A DNA stretch of 64,000 nucleotides from Lama guanicoe (GCA_013239625.1 MU054338.1:6674724-6738723); one strand, 5' to 3'. Numbered from the stretch's first letter, positions 1 through 17,427 are shown. A program made the numbers and translations. Notes: a model not told the origin generated them from the letters alone.

Positions 1-1289
1 CCACAGCCCCAGATCGAACTCACATCTCCAAGCCCAGCTCCTTGTCTTTAAGGCCAGACTTGGGGAGGAGGTCTGTCTTGCCTGCATCTCTCCTTGATTC
101 CACAATTTTAGTCCCTTGCAAAGTCCTGGTCACTTCACCCTTCAAGTATTTGTCTGTCCCTCCCTTCTTGCATGCAGCCACAGTTGTGACATGTGTGACG
201 TGGACTGGGTCCATGGCCAGCTGCTCTCTGGCTTCCTGTAAGGCCAGCCTTCTGCTATCTAGATTCCTGGCCTGTTCATACACCCTCCAGGGCTCCTGAT
301 CACCCTAAGGAAAAGGCCTCAACTCCTTGGCCTGGCATTTGAGGTCCCGCCAGACTCAGCTCCAGCCACACCAGTCTGTTGATATTCAGTCCCCCTTGCC
401 TCCTCAACCCCAGATCACCATGTTTCCCCTCTCCAAACCTTCACCCAGACTGTTCCTTCTGTCTAGAATGCCTGTCTTTACCAATTCCTACGCAACCTTC
501 AAAGCCCAGTTGGGGGTCACCTTCTGCAGGAATTACAACTCTTTCTAGAGAAAGCTCAGGCACCTAGAGATGCAATTTCATCTTTACCCTGGGTGGGGGC
601 AGGACTAAGCTAGAATCTCTCCTAGGTGACCCCTTGCTACTACGTGCGGCCATCTGCTCCATTTCACAGAGGTGAAAACTAAGGCAAAGTCTGGCACCCA
701 AAGTCCCAAAGGGAGAACTGGGGCAGAGACTCAAACCAGAAGGGTTGGGCTTTCAACTCTCAGAGTGAGAGGGGTAAGGTCCCGCGAGGAGGTTTCCTGG
801 GGGTTTTCAGAGGCAACTGGGAATGTTTGGGGACTTCCCTCACCTGGCCGACATTTGCTCAGACATCCTTCACTTCAGAAGCAAAGCCAATATTTGCCCA
901 AAAGCTTCCTTTGGCTGGTACCGTGAAGGTGGAATGTCCTTCAGGTCTCTCTGCATCATTAAACTTATGCAAGGAGGTCTCATGGGAGTCAATCAGGAAG
1001 TTATGTGTACCCCTTCCCCAACACTCCAGGGTCACCTGGTTAGTGACAGTCCTGCTGGGACTAGAACACAAGGCTGTCTAATTCCAAAGCCAGTTGGCCA
1101 GCTCTCTGTTTTTCTTCCTTACTTTTTTGCTTTGTTTTGAATTTCATTGATCTATTGCTTGCTTATGGTAATGCTAACTCATTCTAAGCTGGGGGGCTCT
1201 GGGAGAGGGCAGGGGGCGAGTTTTCTCTGTGTCTTTTTTTTACTTTGGGCATTTTGAAGTGTGAGAATGAGTTAGCATAAATAGAATAG

Positions 1290-1515
1290 ATATATATATA
1301 TATAATACATATGGAATAGATAAGCAAGGTTATATTGTATAGCACAGGGAAATATATACAAGATCTTGTGGTAGCTCACAGGGAAAAAGAATATGAAAAT
1401 GAATATATGTATATTCATGTATGGCTAAAAAATTGTGCTGTATGCCAGAAATTGACACAGCATTGTAAACTGACTATAACTCAGTAAAAACAAAAATGAA
1501 AATAAACAAACAAAC
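1290..1515 (+). mobile_element. Lineage-specific L1 3' end (5' truncated)
   Basis: tatagcacagggaaatatatacaagatcttgtgg...ccagaaattgacacagcattgtaaactgactataactc plus A-rich tail; related copies at 25181, 27800, 36240 and 61088. Confidence 0.7.
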
Positions 1516-2409
1516 ATAATTTCCTTCCCCCAAATAATAAATCAAAAACAATTGTCATTTCTTGCATTTCCTTTCCAGGCTGTTTAATACAGAAACACAG
1601 CCTCCCTCACCCCTGTCATTCCTTAGCACCGAGGCTGGCATGCCACTCATTTTGGGCATACCATATTTCTTTTGAACTTGACTGTACACCTTGGAATTCA
1701 TTCTCTTTCAGGACACAAGGAGCCTTTGTCTATTTCTTTTACACAGTTGCATACTATCCATGGGATGGCTGAGTCAGGTCTGCTCTTCCCAGCCCCCTGT
1801 ATTTGGGTGGCCTGCAAACTTTTGCCTTCCCAGAGAAAGCCACAGTGAATAACCCCACACTCCCTCAGTTCTCTCATGGGCAGGGACACCCACAAGTCCA
1901 TTTCCCATGAGTGCAGTTTCTGTGTCAAACAACACACGCTATTTGAGGACTGATGCCCACTTCCCCACCGGGGTTTGAGTTCTTTTCACCCCCATACTGT
2001 CAGAAACATCCTGGGACTGCTGGCTTCCCCTCACCCTTGCCAGCACATCTGTTATCAATTCTTTGGATTGTTGCCAATATGTGAAAAATGCCATCTCAAG
2101 GCTAGTTTTAATTTGCAGTTTTTTTTTAAGAGTTAGATCTAGAACCTTGTCATGTGTTTAAAGAGGCCTAGGAAGCCACAATTCTTGAATGTACTGAATC
2201 CCTGTCAATGTTCTAAATGCACGCCCAAGGAAGTTCAAGGAAGGGTTCCAGATGTCCATGAGGCTTTCCTAAGATGGGCCCATCTGCCCTCCAGTGAGAC
2301 CGTGGCCCCATCATCAAGTAACAAAGGCTGCCCCAGTCTGCTGGGGACTCCCCGGTCCACCTCCCACCGCCCAAGCATGCCTTGTCCAGCCCTGGGCCCA
2401 GCCACTCAC

Positions 2410-2670
2410 GGTATACAATGATGCTCACTGAAGTTGATGACTGATTTTCGGAACAGGTTGAGAAGCATTTTGGAGTGCTGTCACTCAGCACATTGGTCAG
2501 TTCAAAAGTCTTCCAGTTTTCCCCATGGTCCACTTCCTTCTTAGTTAGCTCGGTCTCTAAGCCCAAAATGCTCGGGTGGTCACAGGAGGCACTGCAGGTC
2601 ACTCTCACAGAACCTCCTTGGGGTATGATGGCTTTTGGGGGCTGCACTGATGTTTCAGCACCTCCTGGCC
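2410..2670 (-). CDS. ICAM1: ICAM1 exon 2 (Ig-like domain 1, 261 nt)
   Basis: Acceptor ttttgttccag; donor C|GTGAGT; phase 1-1 Ig exon; GLET motif carrying the LFA-1-binding Glu. Confidence 0.95.
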
Positions 2671-4304
2671 CTGGAACAAAAAGGTGAGGAGGGGAAAGGC
2701 ATGACAAAAAAGGGTCATCAACATTACTGCACCCAGCCTTGAACAAGACAGAACTCTGCCTTCCGTGTGGGAGACAAAAAATTCATGAGCAAACAACATA
2801 ATTAATAACTGATGCTAAAGAGAGCTTTGGCAAAAACAAAGCGGGGTGATAGAACAGACAGTGCCTTGGTGACAGGCTAATGTGCGAGCAGAGATCTGAT
2901 GATGATGAGCAGGGGCTGGCTATCCAGAGGAAAGGGAAATGAATTTCAGGCAAAAGGAATAGCAAATGCAAAGGTCCTGAGGCAGAGTGGCTGGAGCAGA
3001 GTAAGGGAGCATGAGTTGGGGAAAGAAATGAGGCCAGGAAGATCATGCAAGCAGTGGAAGCCATGCTAAGGATGTGTTCTTTATTCTGAAGGCAATAGGG
3101 AGCCATGGAGGATTTCAGCAAAAGAGGGGCATGAAGTCAGTGTCCTTCTCCCTCCTAAGAGGTCAGGTGGAGGGAGTCAGCCCTCCAGGGATGAAAGGGT
3201 TTCACTCAGGCTGGAGCCAGCTAACTTCTAGCACAGGACAGGTAGTGAGCGGCTACAGGTAGGAAGGAAGGGGGGGTTGTTGGGATTAGTTCCCTCAGAC
3301 TGTGGTGCTTCCAAAGCGGAAAAAATGTCTGTCTGAGATTCCCGATCCTACCGCCCCCTCACAGAGATCTCTGCCCTCAGCTTTGGGTCTACTCTATCTG
3401 AGGTGGAGGTGGTGTTGGTGGAGGTGTGGGAACAGCAGCTCTGTGAATTCTCCAAGGGTGAGTCTGGAATCATTCCCATTTCACAGAGGGAAATGGTGAG
3501 GCCTGAAAAAGGAAGGTTACTCAGCTAGAAAGTGGTTGACTCCAGACTGGAGTCCGGATTAGAAGCTAGAAAGTGGTAGACTCCAGACTGGAGTCCGGAT
3601 TAGAAGCCTTTGAGAAGCTGGTAACTGCGGAACTGATTTCTAACTCTCCCACTTCCTGACACGGACCACCACTTGAGACCCACTGCCCCCATTCCCTTCT
3701 CCCTCCTGGCTGAAGTTGATGGAGGGCTGCTGGGGCGTCCCACTTCTCTGCTTCTGCTCCCTGGCCAAGTCAGCCCTGGAATTCCCCTGGGCAGAGAGTT
3801 CTGGACTTCCCCCAGGGGCAGGAGATGAGGAACAGAATGTGCATGTGTGCGTGGGGGGGTGGTCCCCAGTCTACTTCAGCTTCATGCGGCGCCACATCTC
3901 CACAGCGTCAGACCACCACCTGGGGCCAGGATACAACCACTGCCAGGTGGCCGCTATCAATTTCTCCATTTTACAGCCGAAAACCTGAGGCTCCTCTTGG
4001 AGAGGCGGCCCATAGTCCGAAGCCACACATCGAGTCATGATGCTGGCCTGGATTCGAACCTATGGCTGTTGACTTTCAATCAGTGGCTCTCGCTTCAACT
4101 TCCCATAAACAGTTATCCGAGCGCAAGTGGCCCTGTGTCCATCTGGCTGGGAGCCAGTTCTCTGACCGCTCCCGGGGCGCAGCCGGGATTCTAGATTCCG
4201 AGAGCCGGCCCGACGGCAGCCCCCACCCTTGACTCACCTGGGAGCAGAGCCCCGAGCAGGGCCAGGAGCGCAAGCGACGCGGGATGGGCGGCGCCGGGAG
4301 CCAT
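2410..4304 (-). CDS. ICAM1: Intercellular adhesion molecule 1, 5' part: complement(join(2410..2670,4238..4304)); later exons lie left of the window
   Basis: Spliced translation MAPGAAHPASLALLALLGALLPG/PGGAETSVQPPKAIIPQGGSVRVTCSASCDHPSILGLETELTKKE...PKCFSTCSENQSSTSVSIIVY is a signal peptide plus ICAM Ig domain 1 with four Cys; GT/AG boundaries; adjacent to MRPL4 as in other mammals. Confidence 0.95.
3523..3604. repeat. Direct tandem duplication, 2 x 41 bp, inside a MIR-like remnant
   Basis: 3523-3563 and 3564-3604 differ at one base; each contains the inverted repeat GACTCCAG-A-CTGGAGTC. Confidence 0.9.
3778..3812 (-). promoter_or_regulatory. Two NF-kB consensus sites in ICAM1 intron 1
   Basis: GGGGAATTCC (3778-3787) and GGGGAAGTCC (3803-3812) on the minus strand, about 0.55-0.6 kb downstream of the inferred TSS. 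Confidence 0.6.
4238..4304 (-). CDS. ICAM1: ICAM1 exon 1 coding part (signal peptide, 67 nt)
   Basis: ATG at 4304; hydrophobic leader; donor CAG|GTGAGT at 4238/4237. Confidence 0.95.
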
Positions 4305-4390
4305 CACGGGCGGAGGTAGGGCGGACGAGGTGACACAGACGCGCGGAGGCGTGTGGCTGGCGGACTGTGGCGCCGACGACCGCGCGGGTC

Positions 4391-4570
4391 CTTATATGCC
4401 CGCCGGCCACCGGGGGCCGAGGGGCGGTGCTGCTTTCCCGGAAACCTCGCGCTTTCCCCTCCGGAACGAAGACTCAGGCGTTTCCGGATTGAGAGGGTGC
4501 CGGGCCTGAGCCAGGTTGGGCCCCCTCGCTGGCCGCTCAAGCACCGGAATTTCCGAATTGAAGTAATGAA
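4391..4570 (-). promoter_or_regulatory. ICAM1: ICAM1 proximal promoter in a CpG island: TATA box, palindromic GAS/pIgRE, Ets sites, NF-kB site
   Basis: Minus strand: TATAAG (4391-4396), TTTCCGGGAAA (4434-4444), CCGGAA motifs near 4461 and 4481, CGGAAATTCC (4546-4555); same order as the known human ICAM1 promoter. Confidence 0.85.
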
Positions 4571-7500
4571 GGCCGCCTGGCAGCGGCGGCCCGACAACAA
4601 CCCTGGAGCTGCTCCAGGCGCTAGGGGTCACGTCCCTGGGCCGGGCTAACCTTGATTCTGCGTTTACACTGCGCTAAGCCCTTTACGGAATACCGCCAAC
4701 CAGCCTGGACAGTGGGGATTATTATTGTGCCCGTTCCCCAGAGGGGTAAACTGAGGCTCCAGCCTGGAGGGTATTCGAACACAAGGCTGATTCCCTAGCG
4801 CACGCAGGCATCTTTAACCGAGTGAATGGTCCCTCGCTTGGGTGGGAGCCCAGGAATCCTCCTAGGGCCCTCTCAATCAAGGGTGCCCCTCCTCCACGGG
4901 GCATGTCCCCGCCCAGCTGACACAGATTTCTCGAGAAGCGACCGCAGCAGGCCCAGGCTTCTCCAGGCGCCCGTGAACCCTGGGGGGTGAGGACGCGCAG
5001 TGCATCACGTCCGGGGCTCCGTATCCCACACGGATGGGCGCTCCCACCCCTCAGCCCCCAATCTCCGCGGCCTCGCTTCTCCTTTTGGGCCTCAGGGGCG
5101 TGTTTACAGCTTCCAGAAAAAGGAAGGAAGCCGCGTGGTCCTGACGCGTGGAGCCCCTCGGCTACCGTTCCCAGGCTCCGCGGGGAAACTGAGGCAGCCG
5201 ACCTTGACGGGAGAGGGGACAGGGGGCACTCGAATCCTTGCCTTCTGCAGGGAAACTGAGGCAGCTCCGAGGCCCCGAAGTTGGGGGGAGGCATTCAAAC
5301 CCCCGCCCTCTCCGCGCAGCTGCCGAAACTCGAACCCTTAGCGCCTGCACCAAGGCCCTGCGGGTGCATGCCCGGGCTAGTTCCATTAAGGCCTCGCGGA
5401 GGCATAGTGCCGCGGTCATAGGCCGCCCCCACCCCGCACACAGGCCACGCCTGCGCGTGTGACCCCAAGACACGGCATCCACCGCATCAAGGCCGGGGAC
5501 CCTGGAATCTCCGAGCGGGCAGCGAGGCTTCCTGTTGTGGGGCGCGCGCCGCGTCGCCATGGAGACCTCAGAGGGGCCAAGGAGGTCGCGCAGCAGAAGG
5601 GGAAGGGAGGGGGGCCTCAGGGACGCTCGGGCCCTTCCTCTCGGGGAAGGAGCTGCGAGTCACTCTTTAGTCAGAAAACCGTCCGTCGCTCCACCCCGAT
5701 TGATTATTCCTAAGGATTTTACACGGGGATCTTTCCTCTTGGAGGGTGGAGGGTGCTGAAATCCAGCCCTAAACCGCCTGGGCAAAGGCGCAGAGTCGGA
5801 ACCGGGGATATCCCTGGGAGGGTCTGGGAAAATCCTCTGCCGGGGTCATTTTCCGGCGTATTTTTATTAGACTGGCGTCACCTCATCCTTTGGCCTCTGT
5901 CCGACGTGCGCGGGCGGAGAGCTCCCCCGCGTGGCCCAGGTCCCCCTTTCAGCCATAAAAGCATGGTTTTTCCCTTCTGTCTCTCAATACGCTGTTCAGT
6001 GTTGATTGAGAGCCCACTGTTTGCCAGGCATCCTTCCAAGTGCTGAGGACACAGCAATGAAGAGAATAGACAAAAATGTCTGCCATTGTGCTGAGATCCT
6101 CTTAGTGAGGACGACAGAAAGAAAGGAAAATAAAATATGTGGAGACTTAGCTTGTGATTAGTGCCAAGAGAAAAGTAAAGCAGAGAAGGGAATAGGAAAT
6201 GTGAGGGTTAATAAACTTTTAAATAGAGTATTCTGGGAAAGACTGAGTGAAGACCAGAGGGAGGTGAGGAGAGAGTCCTGACAACATCAGGGAAGGAGTG
6301 TCCCAGGCAGAGAGCACTGAATGTGCAAAGGCCCTGAGGTAGGAACTGCCTTAAGGAACGTCCAAGAGGCTAGTGTTGCTGGAGTGCTGTAAGGGAGGGA
6401 GAGAATTGGAGAAGAGAGGAGGGCAGGGAGGGGATGAGGCAGAGCATGGCCTGGGAGGACTTTGGTCTTTTGTCTGAGTGAGGCGGGAGCCCTGGAGGGC
6501 TCTGAGTAGAGGCGGGACACCTGGCTCAGGTGTTTACAGGCACCCTCCTGAGATGGCAGGAGCTACAGTTAGATGGTGGGGAGGAAGGGGTGGGAGAGGG
6601 AGGAAGCCAGGAGACCAGAGAAGAGGTGACTGCTCCTATGCAGGGGAGCAGTGATGGAGCTTGGGGTGGGCCCTGGCGAAGTGGTCAAATTTGGCATCCA
6701 TTTTGGGAGCAGGGCCAGCTAGTACTTGCTGGGACTTGGGGGCAGGGCAGAATCAAGTTCAACTAATTGGTCCTGGTCTGAGGTCCAGAAAGAGTGGAGG
6801 GCCATTTCCTGAGATAAGGATGGGCTGAAAATGGGGAGTCATTTGGCAGAGGAAGCATGCACCTCCCACTAGTACACAGCCTTTGTACTTCCTTTAAAGA
6901 GAGGAAGGTAGACGCTCCCCAATCCTGGGCTGCAACCACCAGGAAGGGCAGGGCTTCCTCCAGGGTGCCAACGAGTCTCAGGAAGGTCAGGAAATGGACC
7001 CGCTGCAGACCAGAGGCTGTGGACCCAGGAGAACTACCCTAACCCCACTCCATGGCATCATGTCTGCTCGCCCGCTCATTCTGAGCTCTGACGTGGCCAT
7101 CCCGCAGTTCCTTGACCTGGAACACTCTTTCCCTCATCCCTGATGTGGCCAGCCCTTCTTTTCTTGTAGCCTGAGCCTCCTCCTCTCCCTGGCCCCTTCC
7201 ATCTTGGGCCACACCCTGGTCATTCCCTGTCACTTGCCCTAATGGTTTCATTCCTAAAACTTCATTCACTTGCTGAAATACTTTTGACTTGATTGCCTGT
7301 CACCTGCTTTTGTGTGAGCTCTGGAAGGCCAGGGACCCTGTCAGTTCCAGCACCTGCATCAGTGTCTAGTCATTACAGGCAGATGGTTAAGACATATGTG
7401 CCAAATACGTGAACTTCTTTTGTTCTCTGGGCATTCTGCATGTGCTGTTCCCCCAACCCAGAATTCCCTTCCTATCGCTTTTACAAAAGGTTACCAGAGG

Positions 7501-9399
7501 ATTTCACCCACAAGTTTGGAACAGGGCTGGGAGCACAAGGTACTTTTCAAGATAGCAATTTGTTCTCTTTTGGACAAATACTCAGAGTGGAATTGCTGGA
7601 TTATATGGTAGTTCTATTTTTAATTTTTTTTTGAGGAAATTCCGTCATGTTCAGGCCACAGTCTGAATAATATTCCATCGAAAAGATATATCACGTTTTG
7701 TTTATCCATCCATCAACTGATAGACATTTGGGTTGTTTCTACATTTCCGCTGTTATGAATCATGCTATGACCTTACATGCACAAGGTTTTGTATAGACAT
7801 GTTTTCAGTTCTTTTGGGTCCATACCTAGCTGAACTGTTGAGTCACAGGGTAGTTCCATGTCTATCTTTTTGAGGGACTAACAGCCGCACCACTCCACAC
7901 TCCCATCAGCAGTATACAAAGCTTGCAGGGTTCCAATTTTGTCACATCCTTGCCAATATTTGTTTTGTTTTATCATTATTATTCTTGCCCTCCCAATTGG
8001 TGGCAAGTGGTATGTTATTGTGGTTCCACAGCCTTTCTGACCCGTCCAGTGGACAAACCCAGCACAGTCCTGCAGCAGAGGCTGCCAGGGGTGTGCGTGG
8101 ACCAGCAAGTGCCGAGGGGATGTGGCCACTGTGCCAAGAGCACCTGCCACAAGCTGTGATCTTGAGCAAGCCACTTCCCCTGTTGGTTCCTTGGTGGCCT
8201 CAGCTGTAACATACACCTCAGAGGGTGGACGTGAGATTTCAGTAAGACCATTCGTGGGCAGGGGGAGCAGATAGTGAGTAGTTACTGTTTGTGTTTCCTT
8301 AGGACTCAGCTCTGAGAAGCTCTCCTCAAACGTCCTCAGCAGATATACCTACTTCCTCCTCTGTTCTCACAGATTTGTTCCGTCAAGCAGCACAGTTCCT
8401 CTAGGGTATGAAGCTGAAATTCATGATGTTTGGATGTTGATCAAAACATAACTTGGCTTCTTCCTCTACTCTTTGAAAATTTATTCTGTGGTGGATTTGG
8501 CCTTGACCCTGGCTGAGAATTCAGCCCGGGACTTGGGCCCAGATCAGCATCTTGTTCAAATCTCTGAACTTGACTTGGTGTTGGATGGGAGCCCCGGGTC
8601 GGGCCTTTCCAGGCTGGAGGCCTTGGTAGAGACAAAGGGCCTGGTTCCCCCGCTGTTGACCCTCTTTCTGTCCCCCTTGACTCCTGTCACCAGCCTTTGG
8701 GTCCCTCCTGCCTAGGTGCAGGGAGGAGGGGACAGGGCAGTCCCCCCTTGGCTGGTGGCATTACTTTTTGATGCCCTGGCAATATGGTAAAGTGTTTGAG
8801 GGTGAAGGGCTCTTTTGAAGCTTCCTCTTCCCTGGAGAACCCTTCGCTGGGGTGCGGGCATCTTTGATGTAGGTTGTGGCTCTTCTGTCGGCCCCTGGGG
8901 TCTGGTCCTACCCTCTCATCCCTCCCAGTGGGGCTCCAATGCCAACCACCAATCAGCAGACACCCCTGACTCCACTGCCAGCGCTGCCTGCCTCTCACCC
9001 TCTGGGTCTCCTGGGGGTCAGATCTCAGCCGCAAGGGCTCCCTTGAGCTTTTTTAAACCAGAGTCAGCCTGAGTCCTGGGTGTCCTGCCTTCAGGGATGC
9101 TTTTCAAAGGCTGTGAAGTCCCCTCCCTCTCCAGCCACTGGGTTACCGCATGTCCCAAGAGGGTGAGATGGAGATTTGCAGGTAGCAACAGCTCCCCTTA
9201 AGAAATATCTTCACTCATTTCTCTTTTTTAGAAAAAGCTTTTTTATTAGAATTTCAAAATAGCCAATAGCAAAGAGGACATGTGATGAAGTCACATGTGC
9301 CAACTTCCAGTCCCCACCACTGATCGTGTTCCATCCTTCCCCTTACACCCTGCCATGGGCTGAACTACTCCTCCCTGCCCACCCCCACCCCCCAACCCC

Positions 9400-9632
9400 C
9401 TTCAAAAGAAGCAAAGCTAACCCCTGGATGGTGGTGATCTTATTTAGAAACACTTTGCACATGATCAAGTTTAGATGAGGTCATTAGGGTGGGCCCTGAC
9501 CCAACATGACTGGTGCCCTTACAAAAAGGGGAAATTTGGGCACAGACACTCACAGAGACGCCATTTGAAGATGAGGACAGAGATCAGGGTAATGGGTCTA
9601 CAAGCCAAGAAATGCCAGGGAATGCCAGCAAG
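9400..9632 (+). mobile_element. MLT1 (MaLR) LTR fragment
   Basis: atgaggtcattagggtgggccctgacccaacatgactgg...caagccaagaaatgcc. Confidence 0.7.
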
Positions 9633-9770
9633 GCTCTCTAGACTAGGCTGGGTGCTGTCAGGACAACAGCTGGCTCTTACTCTGGGCCTCGGTGTCACCA
9701 CAGGGCTGGTGAGAGGCACAGGGAGAGGCAGTTAGGGTTCAGCCCAGCAGCATTTCCCTCCTGGCCTCTG

Positions 9771-9990
9771 CACCCCCTTCCTGCTGGCTCCAGATAGCTT
9801 TTCCTTTTTCACTTAAGTCAAATCTGACGTATTAAGGGTCAAAATTTATGTCCATTGAGGACTTTCAAAGAATATGTTGTGAGCTCTTAAGGCATTCCCA
9901 AGAGAGGCATTCCAGACATGTTTTCAGTAAGAGGCAGCCTGGGAGATGGGTCATTGTGGCCTGCACATGAGATGGCACTTTTGACCAACT
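9771..9990 (+). mobile_element. Mariner (MARNA-like) transposase C-terminal fossil
   Basis: Frameshifted, stop-containing translation LAPDSFSFF...KFMSIEDFQ...ALKAFPREAFQTCFQ resembles the mariner C-terminus. Confidence 0.55.
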
Positions 9991-10791
9991 TTAAAGAAAT
10001 AGACCACATTTTTAGTCTGTTTTGTAACTGTTAAAAAAATAACAACTTGGGTCAGGGGGCAAATAACATCAGCAGGCTGAAGAATGAGGATACTGGCTTG
10101 GTGTTTTTGAAAAAATGTTTGTTTGCTTGCTTACTGACCACACGGATCCTGACCCCGCGTGTAGGGAAAATCACTGGGGCGAAAGCTCAAGCTTCCACAT
10201 CACACCCATTCGTGGAATCGGACCCATACCCAGACGGAAGCACCGCAGTGTTTGGGGACCACAGGCCCCGTCAGTGGTGCGAGCGCTCAGGGAGGGTGCT
10301 GGAGACCAGGAGGCGCCACTAGTGGGCTCCCAGCGATGGCTGGTGCTCCTCTGGGAGCCCCAGGAGACTGGCTCACCTGGGAAACTTGACGGTGGGTCAT
10401 TTCTACAAACAGTGCCGACGCCCCTTGAGGAGTGAGGTACCTAGTGATGCCCAGCAATGGGGAAAGAGCCCAACTTGCCAAATGGAATTATTCACAAAAC
10501 GGCAACGGGATGTTGATTCTCCTCTTTGAAAAATAAAATCTATCTTACACAAAAGGGAGACTTGGGGCGGGAGCTCGGACAGGCTCTTGAGCTGGCTGTC
10601 CTTTCCCGTGGTGACTCCTGCTCGGCTACTCTGTGTGGCCTCAGCTTCCTACCAGGATGAGGGGGTCTGGGCAGGGCCGGTCGCCCTCGCAGGCTGCGCG
10701 GGAGGCTCCCAAGCCTGCCAGGGGCTCGGCCTGGCTCAGAGAGTGAGCAGGAAGGCCGGCAGCCGGGGGCGTGGGGGTGCGTGGTCCGGGC

Positions 10792-16367
<5,576 letters not shown>

Positions 16368-16399
16368 TGCAGCGCAGCTCGGTACGCTTAGAGAGGTCA

Positions 16400-16860
16400 A
16401 GGTTTCCTCCGGACTCTCGCGACGCCTCGCGATGACGTCACATCCGCAACGCCGCCCGCTCCATTTGTATTCGGCATTGGGAAGCAAGGTGTACAAGAGC
16501 GAGGACGGCGGGGCCCGCACCAGCGTACCCTCACCTCCGCCATAAGACTAACCCCCAGACCCCAGTTTTCACTGCTGGCCTAAAAGACCCTCTGCGACAC
16601 CCGGCAGCTCCACCCCAAAGCCAGAAGCCCCGCCCCCTCTTGGATCCCGCCCCTAAAGAACCGGTGTAGGAATCCAGCCAATGAGACCTCCCTGCTCAAA
16701 GGAAACGTTCATGATTCACCCAATGAGCGTTTAGTCTTGGAAAGTGGCCCCTCCCCGTCATGGTTAGGCAGTTGTGGGGTGGGCACCTAAGGGAATATGA
16801 CCAATAACTGTTAGGCTTTTATGTCGGCCACGCCCTCCGGGTCCCGCCCCCACTGGGCCT
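16400..16860. promoter_or_regulatory. MRPL4: MRPL4 CpG-island promoter (no clear TATA box)
   Basis: Full CRE TGACGTCA at 16433-16440, two TCGCGA motifs at 16417-16432, GC boxes near 16628, 16645 and 16843, CCAAT boxes near 16678, 16719 and 16801. Confidence 0.7.
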
Positions 16861-17427
16861 CCAGGATTCTAGGCGGTGGTTTCTTCGTACTCAATAACGG
16901 TGGTGGTTTTGTTTTTTTGTTCTTTTATTTAAATACAGGGCGTTATCTCACACACAAAGCCCTCAGGATTGGGCCTGTCGGACCGTGCCTCTTCGCTTAG
17001 ATCACCCAGGGCAAGGCCATGTCCCTCTCAAACACCTCAGGTTGGGAGATGTGTCTCCTCCATCTCCTAGGCCAAGGTCATGTCGCGTCTCAGACTTCCA
17101 GGGCTCTCCGAGAACACAGCAAAATGGGGAGTCCACAGATCCTGGATTGCCTCCCTCGTCTACCCTCACCAACAGAAATCCAAACGCTCATTTATAAGTT
17201 CTTTGCCATGTTCCCTGTCGGGCCTCCAGGCGGCGCCACGAACCCATAGCAGCCGGGCTAAACCTGAGCCCTTGGCCGCCGGTGAGATCTGCACAGAGTT
17301 CAGCGCCCAAGAACGTGGTCTCGGAGCAAACCTCAGTGTCCTCATCTGGAAAATGGGGGAGATTGTGAACATCGATGTGATGATGGAGGCAAAACATGCC
17401 AAGCGTAGAACATGTTACCATTTTTAC

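Noticed and set aside
3523..3604. Palindromic repeat units superficially resembling CRISPR repeats
   Set aside because: Only two directly adjacent units, no spacers, and the context is a mammalian intron.
10531..10538. AATAAA near the MRPL4 3' end
   Set aside because: It reads on the plus strand, whereas MRPL4 is transcribed from the minus strand.
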